Shown piece after piece: positions 45,095 through 54,316 of a DNA stretch of 64,000 nucleotides. The stretch comes from a virus. Position numbers and translations under genes: made by a program. Numbering within the stretch: position 1 is the first letter of the stretch; each line of letters begins with the position of its first letter. The notes under the pieces were generated by a model. That model saw only the letters and a program-made list of their open reading frames with translations, did not search any database and had not been told where the DNA came from. The stretch is taken from positions 8,326 to 72,325 of the IMG/VR virus record IMGVR_UViG_3300045534_000133; one strand, 5' to 3'.

Positions 45095-46656
45095 CACTCC
45101 CCCCAATCGGCAATGCCGTTCATGTCGCTGTCGGTCTGCGGAACCGACATGCCAGCGCCGCGCTCTGGGGATGCAGCAGCGGCAGCAGCGGCCTTTTGCT
45201 GTTCCTGCTGCTGCTGCCACGCCGTGGATGGCAAGGGCTTGCCGTCCGGCCCGAGCGTCATGCCGGGCATGCCCCCGCCGCGCAGGTTGAAGTCCTCGCT
45301 GCCCTCCTCCGGCGCCTGCGGCAGGTTCGCCATCTCGCGCAGCTTGTTCTCCAGTTCCCGGTCGGGGAACATCGGGGCGCCAGCACCGGCCAGAGAGGTG
45401 ATGAAGCCCGCCAGCATGGTGAGGTCCGGGCGCTCCACATCCTCAACGTGGAACTTGGGCATGGTCGTCTGGTCCATACCGTTGACGGCCCACAGGGCAG
45501 GCAGAACCGTGCGGTTGAGTTCGGCCACCGTCATTTTGAGGAAAGCGCCGAGCGCCTGCCCGAACAGGGCCGTCTTGTCGCTCGACAGGGCGAACGACCC
45601 GACCGCCGACTGACCGAGGAAAATGAAATCGGCGAGCGCGGACATGGCGATCTGCCGGTCATACCGCTCCAGCACCTTCGTGGTGTCGGTGCGAGCGGAG
45701 CCGCCGGTGGACAGCAAGGTGAAGTCGAACCGGTATTTGCCCTGTGCGTCGGTTTCTGACGGCAGGACGAGGCCTTCGTTGGTGTCGCGGCGGACACCCT
45801 TCACAAGGGCCTGATAGGCGGCAAACACGGCCTTCTCTGCCGGGTCCGCGTCGGCGTCCATGTACTCGACCGGGATGCGCGCGAGCGGCAGGCCCGCCAT
45901 GTCGCGCTCAACCCCGACCGCCTCGATCTCCTCGATACGCCGCTTGAAGTACCACGGGCGGTAGGCGTTCCGCAGGATGGACCGGCCCTCTGGATTGTTC
46001 ATCGCATCCGAGGTGCGGAACAGGACCATCTTCTCCATGGGGATGTAAAGCTGGACGCCGGTGTAGGGCTGCTGCCATGCGCCCAAAATCCGCCCGCTGG
46101 CGTCGTCGATATCCCACCGGACGATCGTGGCCTGTGCCCGGCCGGGAAGGCCGCGCAGGCCGATCTTGTTGTCATTGAAGCGACTGTGGCGTGTCGGGTC
46201 CGCCTCATCCGGGCCCACGCGCTTTTTCCAAAGCATCTCGTGTAGGGAGAAGCCATAGATGAACATGGTGCTGATCTCGGTCATCAGGCTCTCGACCGGC
46301 CGTTCCATGTCGTCGAACACCTCCTCGACGAACTTGGCCGCATCCTCCGCCTCTGGCGTCTCGTCAGCAGGCTGAACGGTGTATGCAACGGACCGGAAAA
46401 GGGCCTGCAGCGCAAAGAGCAGACTGCCGACGACCGGGCAGTTGTCGCTCATCTCTTTGTAAACGCGACGGCCGCGCTGGCCACGCAGTTCGGCCAGCAG
46501 TTCCTCGTCAACATAGCCGGACGACTGGCGCAGGCCGGTCTGGCCCATCACAGAGGTGTCGAATCGGGTCACGCCCGGCTTGCGCGCGGCGCCCGGGGCC
46601 ATGCCCTTGATATCAGGGTCTCGTCCAGTGGTGGCCTTATTCGTTGCCATTACCAT
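45094..46656 (-). CDS. portal protein
   Basis: 'YGFSLHEMLWK', 'NPEGRSILRNAYRPWYFK', 'GVERDMAGLP', 'GSFALS'; follows terminase. Confidence 0.9.
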   Translation of the reverse strand: MVMATNKATTGRDPDIKGMAPGAARKPGVTRFDTSVMGQTGLRQSSGYVDEELLAELRGQRGRRVYKEMSDNCPVVGSLLFALQALFRSVAYTVQPADETPEAEDAAKFVEEVFDDMERPVESLMTEISTMFIYGFSLHEMLWKKRVGPDEADPTRHSRFNDNKIGLRGLPGRAQATIVRWDIDDASGRILGAWQQPYTGVQLYIPMEKMVLFRTSDAMNNPEGRSILRNAYRPWYFKRRIEEIEAVGVERDMAGLPLARIPVEYMDADADPAEKAVFAAYQALVKGVRRDTNEGLVLPSETDAQGKYRFDFTLLSTGGSARTDTTKVLERYDRQIAMSALADFIFLGQSAVGSFALSSDKTALFGQALGAFLKMTVAELNRTVLPALWAVNGMDQTTMPKFHVEDVERPDLTMLAGFITSLAGAGAPMFPDRELENKLREMANLPQAPEEGSEDFNLRGGGMPGMTLGPDGKPLPSTAWQQQQEQQKAAAAAAASPERGAGMSVPQTDSDMNGIADWGE

Positions 46657-48052
46657 AGCCCTCTTGCGCCACGCCGAACCACGGGACAGCGCGCACTATG
46701 CCAGCGGGCGCGACTCGTTTCACCCCTGTGGGATAGAGACGCCGATACTGCTCTTGCGCAAGAGCAAGGGCCATCACGCAGTCGTCGTGAAAACCTTCGG
46801 GAGCCGTGTAGCGTGTGCCGGTCCGGGTATGCTCGAACTCGAAAATCTCCAGTTCCTCGACAAGGTGCTGACCGGCGCCCTCTTTCACGATGCCAATGAG
46901 GCCGCCTTGGATGGCGTTGGCCAAGCCCTCCATCAGGTGCTGCTTTGACTTCATGGAGAACAGGTAGCCCTCCGCGCGGCTGGCCTTGGCCACGATGTTC
47001 TGGACGACGACAGAGCCGAGGCCGGTGGAGTCGACCAGCGCTGGCCTGCGGCCGATGATCTGGGTGACGCGCTCCTGTGTGAAGGGCCAGCCCGTCTTGT
47101 TCCAGCGCTCGATACCCGTCATGTCGCCGAAGCGATCGAGCCCCACCACGACCGTGTAGTCCCGCGTGTCGCCGAGATCGACGCCAAAAACAACGGTCTT
47201 TTCCTCGCTTAGGGACGGCATGATGCAGCGCTGGATGTTGGCGATGCCGAAGGGGTTTTCCCCGTCCTCGCTGCCTTCGGCGAGGTAGAGTTCAAGAAAG
47301 ACCGCGTCGGGCAACATGGACTTGGCCTGCCGCACCTCGTCAAAGCTGATCACCCCGCCCTTGGCCGCGTCCCACGCGGTGATCTTGCGGTAGGACATAT
47401 CCGGGGCGCCCATCTGGGCCTTCCGGCTCATCTTGTAGAACCAGTTCCCCCGGCCCTTGACGTTCCCAATGATGCGGACCGGGCCGCGCGTGGCCGTCAG
47501 CGTTGACCGGATGGCGAAAAAGGCGGCCTCTCGCATGCGGGATGCCTCGTCGATCACGACCGCGTAAACGTCGTCCCCATACAGGTTGTCCGGTTTTTCT
47601 GCAGACCGGAAACGCATCACTGCATCGTGGAAAAGCACGATGACGTTGTCCGTGTCGTTCGTGGACTTGATCATCCACGGCTTCAACGCCCGCTTCATCC
47701 GGCTGTAGGCGATCTTGGCTTGGGCATAGACCGGGGCCACCCACCAATACTCTCGACCCGCGCCAACGCCGAGGACCGCCTGCTCTGCCAGCCACGCCAT
47801 GCAGCCGACGGTCTTCCCCGCCTTTGTGGACGCCTCACACAGGCCGAAGCGTGCGGTTCGTCCATTCAGGTCAGGGCACAGGAACAAGGCTTCCCACTGG
47901 GCCGTGTAAAGCGGCGGTCGGCGCCACCGATATCGTTTGCCGTTATGCTCGACGATCTGGGTGAACTCCGGCGCCTTTTGCAGGTCGCCCGGCGGGTTCA
48001 GCCCGCTGTCGATCTCCGCGAGCAGAATCTCGGTCTCGGGTGAAGCCGTCAT
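46637..48052 (-). CDS. terL: terminase large subunit
   Basis: 'ASTKAGKT', 'WWVAP', Walker B 'VVIDEAS', nuclease 'GVDLG', 'HDDCVMALALA'. Confidence 0.93.
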   Translation of the reverse strand: MTASPETEILLAEIDSGLNPPGDLQKAPEFTQIVEHNGKRYRWRRPPLYTAQWEALFLCPDLNGRTARFGLCEASTKAGKTVGCMAWLAEQAVLGVGAGREYWWVAPVYAQAKIAYSRMKRALKPWMIKSTNDTDNVIVLFHDAVMRFRSAEKPDNLYGDDVYAVVIDEASRMREAAFFAIRSTLTATRGPVRIIGNVKGRGNWFYKMSRKAQMGAPDMSYRKITAWDAAKGGVISFDEVRQAKSMLPDAVFLELYLAEGSEDGENPFGIANIQRCIMPSLSEEKTVVFGVDLGDTRDYTVVVGLDRFGDMTGIERWNKTGWPFTQERVTQIIGRRPALVDSTGLGSVVVQNIVAKASRAEGYLFSMKSKQHLMEGLANAIQGGLIGIVKEGAGQHLVEELEIFEFEHTRTGTRYTAPEGFHDDCVMALALAQEQYRRLYPTGVKRVAPAGIVRAVPWFGVAQEGYGNGNE

Positions 48053-49038
48053 GCCAGACCAGTTTCTCGCGCCAACTTTTCAGCAGCAATCTGCTCATCG
48101 GTCAGTTCATAACCGTCAGCACTCAACGGCCGCTCTGGCACTCCCAACACCATCTCCATCTCGATGATGCCGTCCTCATCCGGCTCCGGCTCGCGCGTCT
48201 GGCGACGGTTGGCGATCGCTGCAGCCGACTGGCCCATCACACCCCGCGCGGTCACGGACAAGTCGAGTGGGCCGGAGTTGTCACGCACCGCCGTGAACGG
48301 CTTGTCAGCAGACCCGAACCCCCGCAACCGCTTCTCCGCGATGAACTTGGCCGCCTTGAAGTCTCCGGCCAGCCCCATCGTGGCCATGCGGATGGCCAGC
48401 TTTCCGCTCATCTGGGCGTGGGCCTCGGCCATCGTCACCCTGTAGCACCGGTACAGGGTCTCCATGCTCACCCGGAGATACAGGGCGATCTCCTCATCAT
48501 TCTGACCGGCATAGCGCAAAGCCATCACCTGCGCCTCTGTGGCTGGCGTGGCCTCGTGGTGCAGACCGCGATAGCGGGCCGTGGCTGGCGTGTCGAAAGG
48601 GACCGGCGCATCCATCAGACCGGCAAACTCCGCCTTATCAAGGACCACCCCTTCGTGCGCGCGTGCGTGCGCGTGCGTGGGCGCCTGCGCTGTGTGCGCC
48701 TGCGAAGCACCGGGAGGCGCGGCGGCTGGGGGGGCTTCGGTGATGAGGTGCGCCATTCCAGACGGGCTGACGATCTGGGCGGCGACGCCGGGCGAGGCGA
48801 GGCGTGCGGGTTCCTCGATCATTTGGGTGGTGTCACCGATATGATCGGGCCGGGCAAGGACGGTTTCGAGCGGGGCGTTGCGGAGTGCTTCGCGCTTGGC
48901 GGCTTCGGCGGCGACCATGGCGGCGTGTTCTGCTTTTTTCCGGGCGGAGCGCTGGGCCCGTGTTTCCTTGACGGGCGGCTGGGCAGGAGCAGGACTTGCC
49001 GTACCCACCTTTGTCGCCTTTGCCTTTCTCGTAGCCAT
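48049..49038 (-). CDS. terminase small subunit-like HTH protein with long low-complexity N-terminus
   Basis: 'QVMALRYAGQNDEEIALYLRVSMETLYRCY...GDFKAAKF'; ATGA-coupled to terL. Confidence 0.65.
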   Translation of the reverse strand: MATRKAKATKVGTASPAPAQPPVKETRAQRSARKKAEHAAMVAAEAAKREALRNAPLETVLARPDHIGDTTQMIEEPARLASPGVAAQIVSPSGMAHLITEAPPAAAPPGASQAHTAQAPTHAHARAHEGVVLDKAEFAGLMDAPVPFDTPATARYRGLHHEATPATEAQVMALRYAGQNDEEIALYLRVSMETLYRCYRVTMAEAHAQMSGKLAIRMATMGLAGDFKAAKFIAEKRLRGFGSADKPFTAVRDNSGPLDLSVTARGVMGQSAAAIANRRQTREPEPDEDGIIEMEMVLGVPERPLSADGYELTDEQIAAEKLARETGLA

Positions 49039-49278
49039 GCCTGATCTCCCCCGGCTTCGCCTCTCCCGCCCCCCCGCTGCGCGGTGATCATGGGAGTCGC
49101 GCGTTCCTGTGTGTTCTCTCATATCGCACAGGCTTGAGCGCGCGTCATGGCTTAGGTGTGGGAAGCGGGCGCAAAGAAAATGTTGGTGGGTTGATAAAAA
49201 GCGCTTGCGGGCTTCCCACGCTCTAGCTATAAACGGTCTGTAGCCCGGGAAGCGGGCCGAAACCTTGGGAACCGAAAA

Positions 49279-49488
49279 ATGCAAATCGAACTGACAGAAG
49301 GCGAACTGGGCACCCTGCAGATGGGCCTCGCCGCCTACCATGACTGGCTGAAAACGCAGCTTCGCAAAGGCGTGACCGGCGATCAGGAGTACTTCATGGC
49401 GGAGGTGGGCCGCGTAAGCCGCGCTGGCGCCACCCTGAACGCGGCGGCGAGAAAGCTGCAGCCTGCTTGGGCCGTCGAGGCCGCCTGA
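49279..49488 (+). CDS. hypothetical protein
   Basis: Follows a promoter-like region and the GCTCTAGCT motif. Confidence 0.6.
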   Translation: MQIELTEGELGTLQMGLAAYHDWLKTQLRKGVTGDQEYFMAEVGRVSRAGATLNAAARKLQPAWAVEAA

Positions 49489-49540
49489 ACCCGGGGGCTC
49501 CGGCCCCCACCCTTCCCTTCCCCTTCACAGGAAAACAAAC

Positions 49541-49831
49541 ATGACCGCTATCACCCTTCAAGCCACCGCGTGCGAGTTCGAGAACACCGCGACGGGGTTC
49601 CGCGTCACGCGGTTCGAGATGATGAAAATGGGCCGCCTTGCTCGCGAAGACCACGAGATCACCAAGGCCGCCGAAGTGCAGCCGCTGGCCAACGCCCTGC
49701 GCGCCCGGCTGGAGGCCGAACACCCGGGCCAATCGTTCTTCGTGTCGCACTCGCTGCGCCGGGGGGAGCGGGCACCTGCAGGGTATCGCAAGCTGCCGCA
49801 CCGGCTGGCCGAAGTCGATTGCCACGCCTGA
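49541..49831 (+). CDS. hypothetical protein
   Basis: AGGA RBS. Confidence 0.6.
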   Translation: MTAITLQATACEFENTATGFRVTRFEMMKMGRLAREDHEITKAAEVQPLANALRARLEAEHPGQSFFVSHSLRRGERAPAGYRKLPHRLAEVDCHA

Positions 49832-50085
49832 TGAAACGCACCCTTGAAAACGCCCTCCGCTACGACGCCCGCTCCGGCTCTCTGCTGGACGACATGATCG
49901 CTCACGGGCTGCTGTATGACGCGGCCCGGGGCGGCGATCAGGCTGCCGCAGACAAGCTGCGCGAAGTCGAGGGCTTTATGCGGTGCGAAACCATCAGCCG
50001 CAAGGCGGTGCCCGGCGATGACGACTGGGGCACGCCCGTCGGCGACACCTTCGCCCCGCGCGGCATCACCAGAGTCCACGCCTAA
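49831..50085 (+). CDS. hypothetical protein
   Basis: TGATG-coupled ORF. Confidence 0.55.
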   Translation: MKRTLENALRYDARSGSLLDDMIAHGLLYDAARGGDQAAADKLREVEGFMRCETISRKAVPGDDDWGTPVGDTFAPRGITRVHA

Positions 50086-50151
50086 CCCCCCCCTTTTCGT
50101 GCCTACCCGGCCGGGCGGGTTTCCCGGACCACCTTTTCACAGGACACCAAC

Positions 50152-51147
50152 ATGACCACCAATCGCAAACTGAAAATCGGCGGTGAGGCCCGCGACGGCA
50201 TAGTCGTGGTGCGCGAGAACGGCAACGCCATCGCCATTTTCCTGCCGGGCGGCACGCGCGACAGTACGCCCCTGCAGGACGCTCACGCCTTTGTGGAGGC
50301 GGTGAAGGCCGCCCACACGGCGGAGCCGGGCGGGCACCCGGCATGGGTGGCGGGCACCACCTATCGGACTGGCGACCGGGTTAGCCACAAGGGCTTTATC
50401 TGGGAGATAACGATTGACGTGGCCTACGCGAGCATCCCCCCGGCCGTTGGGACAATGGGTGACGGCAGGCTGGACGAGTCCCTCTGGCGCAAGATCGGCC
50501 CGGCCGTGGCTGGCCCCACCCCCGACGCGCTGGACAAAGTGCTGGCCGAGATTCCGCCCGAGGAACTGTCGGTTAAGCTGGACGCGGCCATGAAAGCCCC
50601 CCAGCCCAAGCCCAAGCCCGGAGAGACCTTTACGGACTACATGCGCCGCGTGTCGGAGACGCAGGGCCTGCCGAAAGGCATCACCGAGATTCTGACGGGC
50701 ATGGCTGGCAAGGTTGACACTGGCGAGCCGTTCCCCGGCCGCCGGGACGACGAGGTGCGCATCCGGTCCTTTGACAATCTGGAGGACATGCTGGAGGCCA
50801 TTGGTGCCACGGAAAGCGATGAAGACGCCGACGACTGTGACTGCGGCATCTGCATGCTTCGCCGCCACTGGTACACTGACGACGGCGAACTGCGCCAAGG
50901 CCGGTCGCTTGCTGCCCTGATCAAGGGCATGGCGATCGTGACCCGTAAGGGCTCCGAGGACCGCGAGGTGGAGACCGCCGCCCGCCGCGTCGCCGCCAGC
51001 CTTTACATTGCAGGCATCAGCACCGATGCCGACGTTGGGGTCGTTGGTTTGGAACTGCCGATCAGCTTGGACCAAAAAGCCGTGCTGGCGGCCGTCGCCA
51101 TCAAGATGGACGGCTTTTCCGACGTAGAGCAAGTCGCGGTTCACTAA
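50152..51147 (+). CDS. protein with a CBM5/12 (ChtBD3)-like module
   Basis: 'PAWVAGTTYRTGDRVSHKGFIWE...W.KIG'. Confidence 0.6.
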   Translation: MTTNRKLKIGGEARDGIVVVRENGNAIAIFLPGGTRDSTPLQDAHAFVEAVKAAHTAEPGGHPAWVAGTTYRTGDRVSHKGFIWEITIDVAYASIPPAVGTMGDGRLDESLWRKIGPAVAGPTPDALDKVLAEIPPEELSVKLDAAMKAPQPKPKPGETFTDYMRRVSETQGLPKGITEILTGMAGKVDTGEPFPGRRDDEVRIRSFDNLEDMLEAIGATESDEDADDCDCGICMLRRHWYTDDGELRQGRSLAALIKGMAIVTRKGSEDREVETAARRVAASLYIAGISTDADVGVVGLELPISLDQKAVLAAVAIKMDGFSDVEQVAVH

Positions 51148-51233
51148 ATGCAAGAGCGGTCTGGACTCTTGGCTAAAGCCAAGCTACAGACCGCTCATTG
51201 CTCTAGCTTCTCCCTTCAACAGAAAGACCTGAC

Positions 51234-52232
51234 ATGACTGATCACGCCCCCATCACGAGCCCGGCCGACTACGGCTTGGACGACGCCGCCCTTGAAACGA
51301 TCGAGGCTGTCGGCGCCGCAAACACCCCGGAACCCAAGCGCAAAGGGCCCCGGGCGAACTCCCTGACGCCCGCACGGGCCTGCCTGATCGGCGGAACCTC
51401 CATTCCCTACCTCGAACTGGGCTCTGCCCAGAACCCCGCTGCGACCGACAAGGGCTGGGCCCTGTGGAAACTGTACGCAGGCACCGACGCGGCAGGCCTG
51501 CAGGCGTTCGTCATCGGCGGCAGCAACACCTATTCCAAGCTGCTCAAGGGCTACCGGGATATCCTGCTGGCCAGCACGGCGGCCGGTATCGAGCCCGACG
51601 GCGAGACGATCGCGGCGTATCAGGCCGCATGGGACCGGAAGCAGGAACTCAAGGCTGCCGCCAAGATGGGCGCCCGGGCCGCCCGAAAGGCCGCGAAGGC
51701 GCCGACGCCTGCCGAACCGGGCCCCTATGCTGCCGTGCCGACGCCCGATCTGGAGGCCACCGCCAAGGGGCTGGAGGAACTGATCAGCGCCGAACGCACG
51801 ACGGCAGACCGGGAACTGCAGGACGACCGCCGGGCGCGGGCCAAGGCCATGCGAAAGGAACTGGCCAGCCGCCTTACCCCCGAGGACAAGGCCGCGACTG
51901 CCAAGGTGGCTGCCAGCCTAAAGGCTGCGGTGGCGCCGAAGGCAAAACCCACCCCAACGGCCGCTGACACCGCTCTGGTCGCCCGGGGTGGCAAAGCACC
52001 CAAGGTGCCCGAGAAGGCCCCAGAGAAGGCCGTGGAGGCCCCTGCAGCCGCCTCGGCAGCCAAGGCACCCGACAAACCGAAGGTGGCGGTGTTCGCCTCC
52101 CTGATGGGCGCCCGCAAGGCCGCCCGGGACGCTCTCGGCGCCGAGGCGATCGAGGGTGTGGACTTCAAGATCGCGGGCAAAGGCAAACGCCTTTCGTGGA
52201 TTCCCATTGGCATGAACGCGCCGAAGGCGTAA
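51234..52232 (+). CDS. Ala/Lys/Pro-rich hypothetical protein
   Basis: 332-aa ORF after the GCTCTAGCT motif. Confidence 0.65.
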   Translation: MTDHAPITSPADYGLDDAALETIEAVGAANTPEPKRKGPRANSLTPARACLIGGTSIPYLELGSAQNPAATDKGWALWKLYAGTDAAGLQAFVIGGSNTYSKLLKGYRDILLASTAAGIEPDGETIAAYQAAWDRKQELKAAAKMGARAARKAAKAPTPAEPGPYAAVPTPDLEATAKGLEELISAERTTADRELQDDRRARAKAMRKELASRLTPEDKAATAKVAASLKAAVAPKAKPTPTAADTALVARGGKAPKVPEKAPEKAVEAPAAASAAKAPDKPKVAVFASLMGARKAARDALGAEAIEGVDFKIAGKGKRLSWIPIGMNAPKA

Positions 52233-52376
52233 ACAGAAGCCCTTCTGTGAAGGGAAGGTGCCAGCGTGTGGATGCGCGGTGGCACGGAGGGGCGGCCCGG
52301 GTATCAGACCCTCGGGCCGCCCTTTTCATGTCTGGCGAGCAGCGCTAGGCTTGCCGCTCCAGAACAGGAGAACCCC

Positions 52377-52664
52377 ATGAACGACAAGACCGACAAAGCC
52401 ACCCTGAAAAAGGCTCTGGCAGCCCTGCGGCCCTTCGCTCACCTGCCGATCAGCGACATGCAGCCAGACGAGGCACACCCGGCGTTTCAGGTGCAGGTCG
52501 GCTTCGTCCGGGCCGCTCGCGCCCTGTTCGACCCGGCCGACTTCGGAGCCCCGGCCAACCCCGCCAGCCCGGAGCCCACGATCGAGGCGGAACCGGAAAT
52601 CCCGGTCGCTGAACCAGAGCCTGCCTCTGAACCGGAAGCCCCGGTCGCTGAACCGGAAGCCTAG
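52377..52664 (+). CDS. hypothetical protein with EP-rich tail
   Basis: AGGAG RBS; PVAEPE occurs twice. Confidence 0.55.
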   Translation: MNDKTDKATLKKALAALRPFAHLPISDMQPDEAHPAFQVQVGFVRAARALFDPADFGAPANPASPEPTIEAEPEIPVAEPEPASEPEAPVAEPEA

Positions 52665-53476
52665 TCCGATTTGATCGGGGCAGGCTTCGGCTGGCGCGGC
52701 CAAGCGTCGTCCAATCGGGCCTGCCCCATCTTCGTGTAGTCGTGGCCGTCGAACAGACGCAGGGCGTTGTGGGCAGCCTCGACCCGGCGGCAGGCGAGGT
52801 CAAACCACTGCTGCTGCATCTCGATGCCCGTGAACGGCCGCCCCAGAGCGGCGCAGGCCACGCCAGTCGTGCCGCTCCCCATGAACGGGTCCAGCACCGT
52901 GTCGCCCGGCTTCGTGAAGTCGGAGACCAGTTCTTTCATCAGCCCCAAGGGCTTCTCGGTCGGGTGGCCGCCTTTGGATGTGGGAAGGCGAGACGAAGGG
53001 TTCACCATGTGGGTATAGACCCCGCGCTTCCCTCCCGCGTTCCAAGACCGATTGCCGGAACCGCACCACGCCGCAACAAAGTTCTCGAACCCCCGCGCCG
53101 GGCCCTGCCCGTTCATGCGGGGCGTGCTGTCGGGCTTAATCCAGACGCAGGTGGTGTCCCACTTGCCCCCGGCCGCCTGTATGGGGTCGCGCCATGCCCG
53201 GACGCCCTCTGCCAGCGTGAACGCCAGCAGCCAACCATCCGAGGCTTCCACCATCAGCCGGGCGAACTCGTCCCGGTCGGCATTGATGCCCTCGAACGTC
53301 ATCTCGTCATTGGTGCGCTGCCCGTCATTGCGCAGACGATTGATCTTGCCCACACCGGCGTGCAGTTCGTCCTCGTAGGGCGGGTCCGTGATGATGTGCT
53401 TCGCCCGCTCGGTCAGCAGCAGTTCGCGGCTGTCGCCCAGTATCAGGGTGTGAGGCCCGATGCGCTCAACCTGCAT
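52661..53476 (-). CDS. DNA N6A/N4C methyltransferase (beta class)
   Basis: 'ITDPPY', 'HPTEKP', 'VLDPFMGSGTT'. Confidence 0.9.
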   Translation of the reverse strand: MQVERIGPHTLILGDSRELLLTERAKHIITDPPYEDELHAGVGKINRLRNDGQRTNDEMTFEGINADRDEFARLMVEASDGWLLAFTLAEGVRAWRDPIQAAGGKWDTTCVWIKPDSTPRMNGQGPARGFENFVAAWCGSGNRSWNAGGKRGVYTHMVNPSSRLPTSKGGHPTEKPLGLMKELVSDFTKPGDTVLDPFMGSGTTGVACAALGRPFTGIEMQQQWFDLACRRVEAAHNALRLFDGHDYTKMGQARLDDAWPRQPKPAPIKSD

Positions 53477-53693
53477 GACCAGCCAAGGTATAGACGTTGG
53501 CCTTGCCGCCGGTGGCTTCGCGATCTGTAACGATCTGGTAGCCGCGATGACGCAGGCTTTTGATCGACTCTTTCAGCGTCGTCGGCGAGACGCGAACCTC
53601 GTTGCTGGCCTTCAGCCGGAGCGGACCCCGCTCAAGCCGGACCAGAACATCCGCGTCAATGGTGCCCTGTGAGGGGCGCTTCGGTTCTGCCAT
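53466..53693 (-). CDS. small winged-HTH-like protein
   Basis: 'VSPTTLKESIKSLRHRGYQI...YTL'. Confidence 0.55.
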   Translation of the reverse strand: MAEPKRPSQGTIDADVLVRLERGPLRLKASNEVRVSPTTLKESIKSLRHRGYQIVTDREATGGKANVYTLAGHAG

Positions 53694-53752
53694 GTTCGTT
53701 CCCAAGGTTGCCCCCGCCGGATGCCCGACGGGGGCGGATTGGTCAAGCTGTT

Positions 53753-54304
53753 TCAGAGCGCGGTGGCCACATCGAAGGACGGGCAGGCCTTGGCCACGCC
53801 GGGCCAGTCGCGGTGGCCGCGCACGATGATGCCGGGATACTTGGCCTTGTACTCCGCCACCAGCTTGCGCAGCGTCGTCTTCTGGGCATCCGTGCGGGTG
53901 TCAGCGGGCTCCATGTCGGCCTCGACCCCGCCGACGTAGCAGATGCCGATGTTGCCGGTGTTGTGGCCGCCGACGTGGGCGCCCTTCTGGTTATCGAGGA
54001 GGGTGCGGACGGCAGAACCGTCCAGTTCGATGACGTGGTGGTAGCTGGGCTGGCCGAAGCGGGCCATGCCGATACTGACGATGCCTGCAGCCTTTACGTC
54101 TCGGCCGCGCGGCGTCGCGGCGCAATGGATGGTCAGGTAACTGATGCCAGCGGCAGCCGGGGTGGCCGCAGCCGAAACCGGTGCCGGGACCAGCTTGTTC
54201 AGATCGTCTGTCGTGACGGCGCCTGCGTGCCCGTCAGCCTTGAGGCCGCGCCGGGCCTGATAGGACCGGACGAACGCTTCGTTGGCTTCTGCTTTGGTGG
54301 TCAT
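53753..54304 (-). CDS. endolysin: PG-binding segment plus T7-lysozyme-type amidase
   Basis: 'YQARRGLKADGHAG', 'IHCAAT', 'GAHVGGHNTGNIGICYVGG', 'GHRD...KACPSF'. Confidence 0.9.
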   Translation of the reverse strand: MTTKAEANEAFVRSYQARRGLKADGHAGAVTTDDLNKLVPAPVSAAATPAAAGISYLTIHCAATPRGRDVKAAGIVSIGMARFGQPSYHHVIELDGSAVRTLLDNQKGAHVGGHNTGNIGICYVGGVEADMEPADTRTDAQKTTLRKLVAEYKAKYPGIIVRGHRDWPGVAKACPSFDVATAL

Positions 54305-54316
54305 GGTCGCCTCCTG

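Noticed and set aside
48655-48700. GCGT/GCGC simple repeat
   Set aside because: Encodes the low-complexity HAHARAH stretch within the terminase small subunit-like gene
52590-52660. CCGGTCGCTGAACC direct repeat
   Set aside because: Coding repeat (PVAEPE) in a disordered tail
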